From Brevundimonas sp. (GTDB taxonomy: Bacteria; Pseudomonadota; Alphaproteobacteria; Caulobacterales; Caulobacteraceae): DNA of 64,000 nucleotides. The notes below the pieces were generated by a model that made no database searches, was not told where the DNA came from, and worked only from the letters and a program-made list of their open reading frames with translations. Shown piece after piece: positions 60,692 to 64,000 of this stretch (position 1 is its first letter; every line of letters begins with the position of its first letter). Where the stretch lies: positions 11,727 through 75,726 of the forward strand of contig DAIOID010000001.1 of the NCBI GenBank assembly GCA_036744355.1, written 5' to 3'. Both the position numbers and the translations under genes were made by a program.

Positions 60692-61111
60692 ATGCAGACC
60701 CTGACCCTCGAAGGCTATCTGGCCGCCGATCCCTCGATCCTGTCGGCCCAGGGCAGCGGCAAGAAGCGCGCGAGCTTCCGCGTGCTGGAGACCACGCGCT
60801 TCCGGCGCGCCGACGGCACGCCCGGCGAACGGACGACCGGCTTCAATTGCATCTGCTTCAACGAGGCCACGACCGAGAACTACCTGCAGCCCTATGCGCG
60901 CAAGGGCAGCCGCGTCGTGATCCAAGGCCATGTCGAGAACGACACCTGGACGGGCAAGGACGGCGTCGAGCACTACGACCTGCGCCTGATCGTCAGCGAC
61001 ATCCGGTTGAAGAACCGCCGCGCCGCGACGGAGACGTCCGCCGGCGGCGTGGCGGACCGGTCGCCGGAAGGCGACGGCGGCTACGATCTGAACGACGACA
61101 TCCCGTTCTGA
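60692..61111 (+). CDS. ssb: Single-stranded DNA-binding protein
   Basis: GYLAADP, KGSRV.I.G, W.GKDG, C-terminal DDIPF. Confidence 0.88.
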   Translation: MQTLTLEGYLAADPSILSAQGSGKKRASFRVLETTRFRRADGTPGERTTGFNCICFNEATTENYLQPYARKGSRVVIQGHVENDTWTGKDGVEHYDLRLIVSDIRLKNRRAATETSAGGVADRSPEGDGGYDLNDDIPF

Positions 61112-61242
61112 TCGGGGAGGCCGCGACAGGCGTGAGGGCCCGGACGCTTCGCGCGCCGGGCCCTTCTTGTGCTGAGGGCGGGAGGAGAAGGCGGGGACGG
61201 ACAGGCGAGCCGATGGGGCTCGAAAGGCGAGGGAGCCTGATC

Positions 61243-61719
61243 ATGTCTGTCTGGACCGAAGACCGTATCGCGAGACTCAAGACGCTCTGGTCCCTGGGGT
61301 GGAGCGCCCAGCGGATCGCCGACACCCTGGGCGAGGACGTCACCCGCAGCGCCGTGCTCGGCAAGGTGCATCGGATGCAACTGTCCGTCCGCCGGTCGCC
61401 GGCCTCGCCGGTGAACTCGGCTGTGGCGGCGCCGGGCGGTCCGCGCCGCGCGTCGGGGCGTTCCGGCCGTCCGGCGCCCGTGCGGATCGCCGCCCGGTCC
61501 GGCGTCGCGCCAGAGGCGCCGGCGTTCGGGCTCGCCACCATCCTGAGCGTCCGCCGGTGCGACTGCCGCTTCCCCTATGGCGAACCCGGCGCGTCGGCGT
61601 TCCGCCTCTGCGGCCGTCCGGTCGCGCGCGGCGTTTTCTGCGCCGCGCACGCGGAGATCGCCTACCAGCGCAGGCCCCAGTCGGCCGAGATGCTGATGCA
61701 GCTCGCCGGTCTGGCCTGA
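61243..61719 (+). CDS. gcrA: GcrA-family cell-cycle regulator homolog
   Basis: WTEDRIARLK.LW..G.SA..IA..LG..VTRSAVLGKVHRM; CRFP.GEP....F..CG.......FC..H..IAY. Confidence 0.88.
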   Translation: MSVWTEDRIARLKTLWSLGWSAQRIADTLGEDVTRSAVLGKVHRMQLSVRRSPASPVNSAVAAPGGPRRASGRSGRPAPVRIAARSGVAPEAPAFGLATILSVRRCDCRFPYGEPGASAFRLCGRPVARGVFCAAHAEIAYQRRPQSAEMLMQLAGLA

Positions 61720-62028
61720 CGGCCGGTCGGATATGACGGGCCGTAACCGTCGCCGGCGGGGCCGGCGACGACGGGACGGGCGGCGACTGTCTCTTCGGGC
61801 GGTCTCGGCGCGACGGCGCCGAACGGGGTCCTCGCCCGAAGGGGCGAGGACATGCCCCCACACAACGCCCTCCGATCTTGTCACGTCACCCCGGAAGTCA
61901 ACGGCTGCGCCGTTCCCCTCCGCGCAGGACAAGCGGTCCTCCGCTCCGGTGACTGCCGGGGACCCCGACGTGGCCAAGACCGGGGTCGTTGCGCATGGGG
62001 CGCTTCGACATCTTCAAGGATGTTCCCG

Positions 62029-62964
62029 ATGCAACCCTTCGCTTCTTCTTCCTTCCTCAAGTCCGCCTCCGCCTTCGACGACCAGACGGACGCCCTCGGC
62101 GAGGCCCGTCCGCACCCGACGGAAGAGGCGCTGCTCCAGCTGGGGCACGCGCTGATGACCGAGCTGCTCGACGTGGTCGCTGACACCGCACTGGAAGACT
62201 ACCAGACCATCCTGGGCGAGGCGCTCATCGGCGCCTTTCATTCGGCGGCGGGGCGGATCGAACGCGACGCCGACCGGGCCCGGGACACGATGCGCGCCCT
62301 CGACCGCGACTTCGACGGTTCCGAGGCGGCCGACGTCGAGCTTCAGGAGGCGACGGCCAAGGCCCGCGCGGGAGACGCCGCGGCCCGGGCGGCGGAACTT
62401 GTGCGCGACGCGGCGGCCCACTGCTGGACGGTCTCCACCGGCGAAGTCTGGACGGCCTGGCGCGGCAGCCGCCGGGGCAGCTTCCTGACGGCGGCCCAGT
62501 TGGAGGCCAAGCAGGCGATCCGCAGTCTCCGCGCGCGGAAGTCCGGCGAGGCGGATCCGGGCGGACCGGTGATCGCTTTCCGGGGCGCGCCCTCGGCCGA
62601 TACGGCCGAAGACGCCGGACGGATTTTCGACGCCCTGAACTGGGCCCTGGCGGAATGGCCGGACATGGCGCTCGCCACGACCGGGGCGAAGGGCTCCGAG
62701 AAGCTGGCGATCAAATGGTCCCAGCAGAAGGGGGTGAAGCTGATCCTGGCGCGGGCGGACTTCGACGCCCACGGCAAGGCGGCTCCCTTCAGGGCGAACG
62801 ACGACCTCATCGCCCTCGAGCCGACCTGCTGCCTGACCCTGGCGCATTCCCTGGACGAGGGCAGGGGCTCGGGCGACCGTCCGTTCGGCCCGGCGATGAA
62901 CCTCGGCCAGAAGGCGATGGAGCACGGCGTCCGACACGTCGCCATCCGCGCCCGCGCCGCTTGA
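62029..62964 (+). CDS. DUF2493/SLOG-like protein of alphaproteobacterial mobile elements
   Basis: FH..A.RIER..D, TGE.W....GS, PDM.L...G.KG.E..A..W, HGKAAPFRAND. Confidence 0.75.
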   Translation: MQPFASSSFLKSASAFDDQTDALGEARPHPTEEALLQLGHALMTELLDVVADTALEDYQTILGEALIGAFHSAAGRIERDADRARDTMRALDRDFDGSEAADVELQEATAKARAGDAAARAAELVRDAAAHCWTVSTGEVWTAWRGSRRGSFLTAAQLEAKQAIRSLRARKSGEADPGGPVIAFRGAPSADTAEDAGRIFDALNWALAEWPDMALATTGAKGSEKLAIKWSQQKGVKLILARADFDAHGKAAPFRANDDLIALEPTCCLTLAHSLDEGRGSGDRPFGPAMNLGQKAMEHGVRHVAIRARAA

Positions 62965-62981
62965 GACCCGCTGCACATTCG

Positions 62982-63014
62982 ACCCGCTCGGCTTCGGCCG
63001 GGCGGGTTTTTTTT
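62982..63014 (+). terminator. Rho-independent terminator
   Basis: ACCCGCTCGGC-TTCG-GCCGGGCGGGT followed by a T run. Confidence 0.88.
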
Positions 63015-63109
63015 CTGTCGTCCGGCTGGCCTTCCGACCTTTGGCGACTTTTTAAGGGGTTGGATCGGTTATGATTGAACTGTCCGGAAATCTTCGAATT
63101 TCGGCTGAG

Positions 63110-63124
63110 GGCAAGATAAAAGGG
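63110..63124 (-). other. Putative oriT nic-region motif
   Basis: Minus strand CCCTTTTATCTTGCC resembles the MOBP nic consensus YATCCTG/Y; about 120 bp upstream of the relaxase in an AT-richer spacer. Confidence 0.45.
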
Positions 63125-63246
63125 AGTGTTGGCCTGGGTCGGCTTTCTCTATGCTTTCAGCATCTTGGAGGAGAGGTCGACCAGGACCGACGACTTGCTT
63201 TGAGTTGTCTTTCTTCGGCGGATCTTCCGGGGCCGGAGCGCGGATC

Positions 63247-64000
63247 ATGTCGGTTCACCAGGCTATTCAAACCAGGCTGTCGAGACGCGGCGGCGTCGAC
63301 GACGCACAGGTCGGCGTGAGGCTTCCGACGCGACTGAAGATCGATCGTGATCCGGTCCGGCTCGGCATGATGAAGCGCCTCGCCAGCTCCCGGATGTTCG
63401 CACTCGGAAATCGGTCGGGCGTTCTTCGCGCGGCGCAGAACCGGTCGGGACGAGCCTTCCGCCTCGATGTGCGGCAGCGCGTCATCGTCAAAGCTCTGGT
63501 GTCCCGCCAAGCGGGCAAAGGCGCCGAGCGCGGCGCCGCGCTGGCGGCGCACGTCGCCTATCTCGGCCGCGCCGGCGCCGGCGCGGACGGCGCCCGGCCC
63601 GAGTTCTTCGATCGGGATCAGGACGGCGTCCAGGCCGCCGTCGAGACGAGAGGCTGGACCGATGACCGGCACCATTTCCGCTTCATCATCTCGCCGGAGC
63701 ACGGCGACCGGATCGACGATCTGCGCGGCTATGTCCGCGAGGTCATGGCCCGGGTCTCGGCGGATCTCGGGGAGCCGCACCTGACCTGGATCGGGACCTG
63801 TCATTACGACACGGACCAGCCCCACGCGCATGTGCTCGTGCGCGGCCGCCGTGGTGACGGGCGGGACCTGGTGATCCCGCGCGACTATATCGCCTACGGG
63901 TTCCGCGCCCGCGCGCAAGAGGTCGCACAGGAGAGGCTCGGCGACCTGGCCCGGGTCGACGCCGAGAAGCGTGTTTGGCGCGAGACGTCGGCGGATCGCT
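63247..64000 (+). CDS. VirD2/RlxS-like MOBP relaxase (3' truncated by window edge; not in the ORF track)
   Basis: Translated by hand: QRVIVKA, HVAYLGR (catalytic Tyr), HHFRFIISPE, HYDTDQPHAHVLVRG (HUH-type), DLVIPRDYI. Confidence 0.9.
   Translation, partial: MSVHQAIQTRLSRRGGVDDAQVGVRLPTRLKIDRDPVRLGMMKRLASSRMFALGNRSGVLRAAQNRSGRAFRLDVRQRVIVKALVSRQAGKGAERGAALAAHVAYLGRAGAGADGARPEFFDRDQDGVQAAVETRGWTDDRHHFRFIISPEHGDRIDDLRGYVREVMARVSADLGEPHLTWIGTCHYDTDQPHAHVLVRGRRGDGRDLVIPRDYIAYGFRARAQEVAQERLGDLARVDAEKRVWRETSADR

Larger units (their letters stand above)
52035..64000 (+). mobile_element. ICE/conjugative-plasmid backbone segment
   Basis: Co-oriented RadC, Toprim, ParB-like, strawberry notch, ssb, DUF2493-like and relaxase genes; boundaries not visible. 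Confidence 0.75.

Noticed and set aside
1..64000. CRISPR array, tRNA, rRNA, integrase/att site
   Set aside because: No regularly spaced repeats, cloverleaf, rRNA-like sequence or recombinase motifs noticed by eye; tRNAscan/Infernal not run

Overview
GC-rich alphaproteobacterial DNA; the gene content (GcrA homolog, GTTC-N7-GTTC LexA boxes, Caulobacter-style small proteins) suggests Caulobacteraceae, perhaps Brevundimonas, but this is inference. Three blocks. (1) About 1-38.9 kb: a large Wzx/Wzy-type, succinoglycan-like exopolysaccharide locus (ugd, flippase, galE, Wza, OM beta-barrel, Wzc/ExoP, ExoA/ExoL/ExoM/ExoO/ExoU-like glycosyltransferases, two Wzy/O-antigen-ligase proteins, two priming transferases, a GH16 glycanase, acyltransferases, pgm). 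Embedded in it (18.8-26.7 kb) is a complete lasso-peptide cluster: a 47-aa precursor missing from the ORF track (20092-20235), B1, B2, cyclase, HPr-type kinase, ABC exporter, a GT2 and a divergent nucleotidyltransferase. Both arms are coupled to glycosyltransferase genes by overlapping start/stop codons. This candidate phospho-/glyco-lasso-peptide-EPS system is the most interesting feature. (2) About 38.9-51.8 kb: accessory cargo with an IS5-family (IS427-group-like) element, disrupted genes, general-stress genes and a split imuA-imuB...dnaE2 cassette with two LexA boxes, an AlkB-like gene and SRAP. (3) 52-64 kb: ICE/conjugative-plasmid backbone (RadC, Toprim, ParB-like, strawberry-notch helicase/methylase, two SSBs, GcrA homolog, DUF2493-like, putative oriT, start of a VirD2-like relaxase). 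No rRNA, tRNA or CRISPR array was seen. All family calls come from motif recognition by eye, not database searches.
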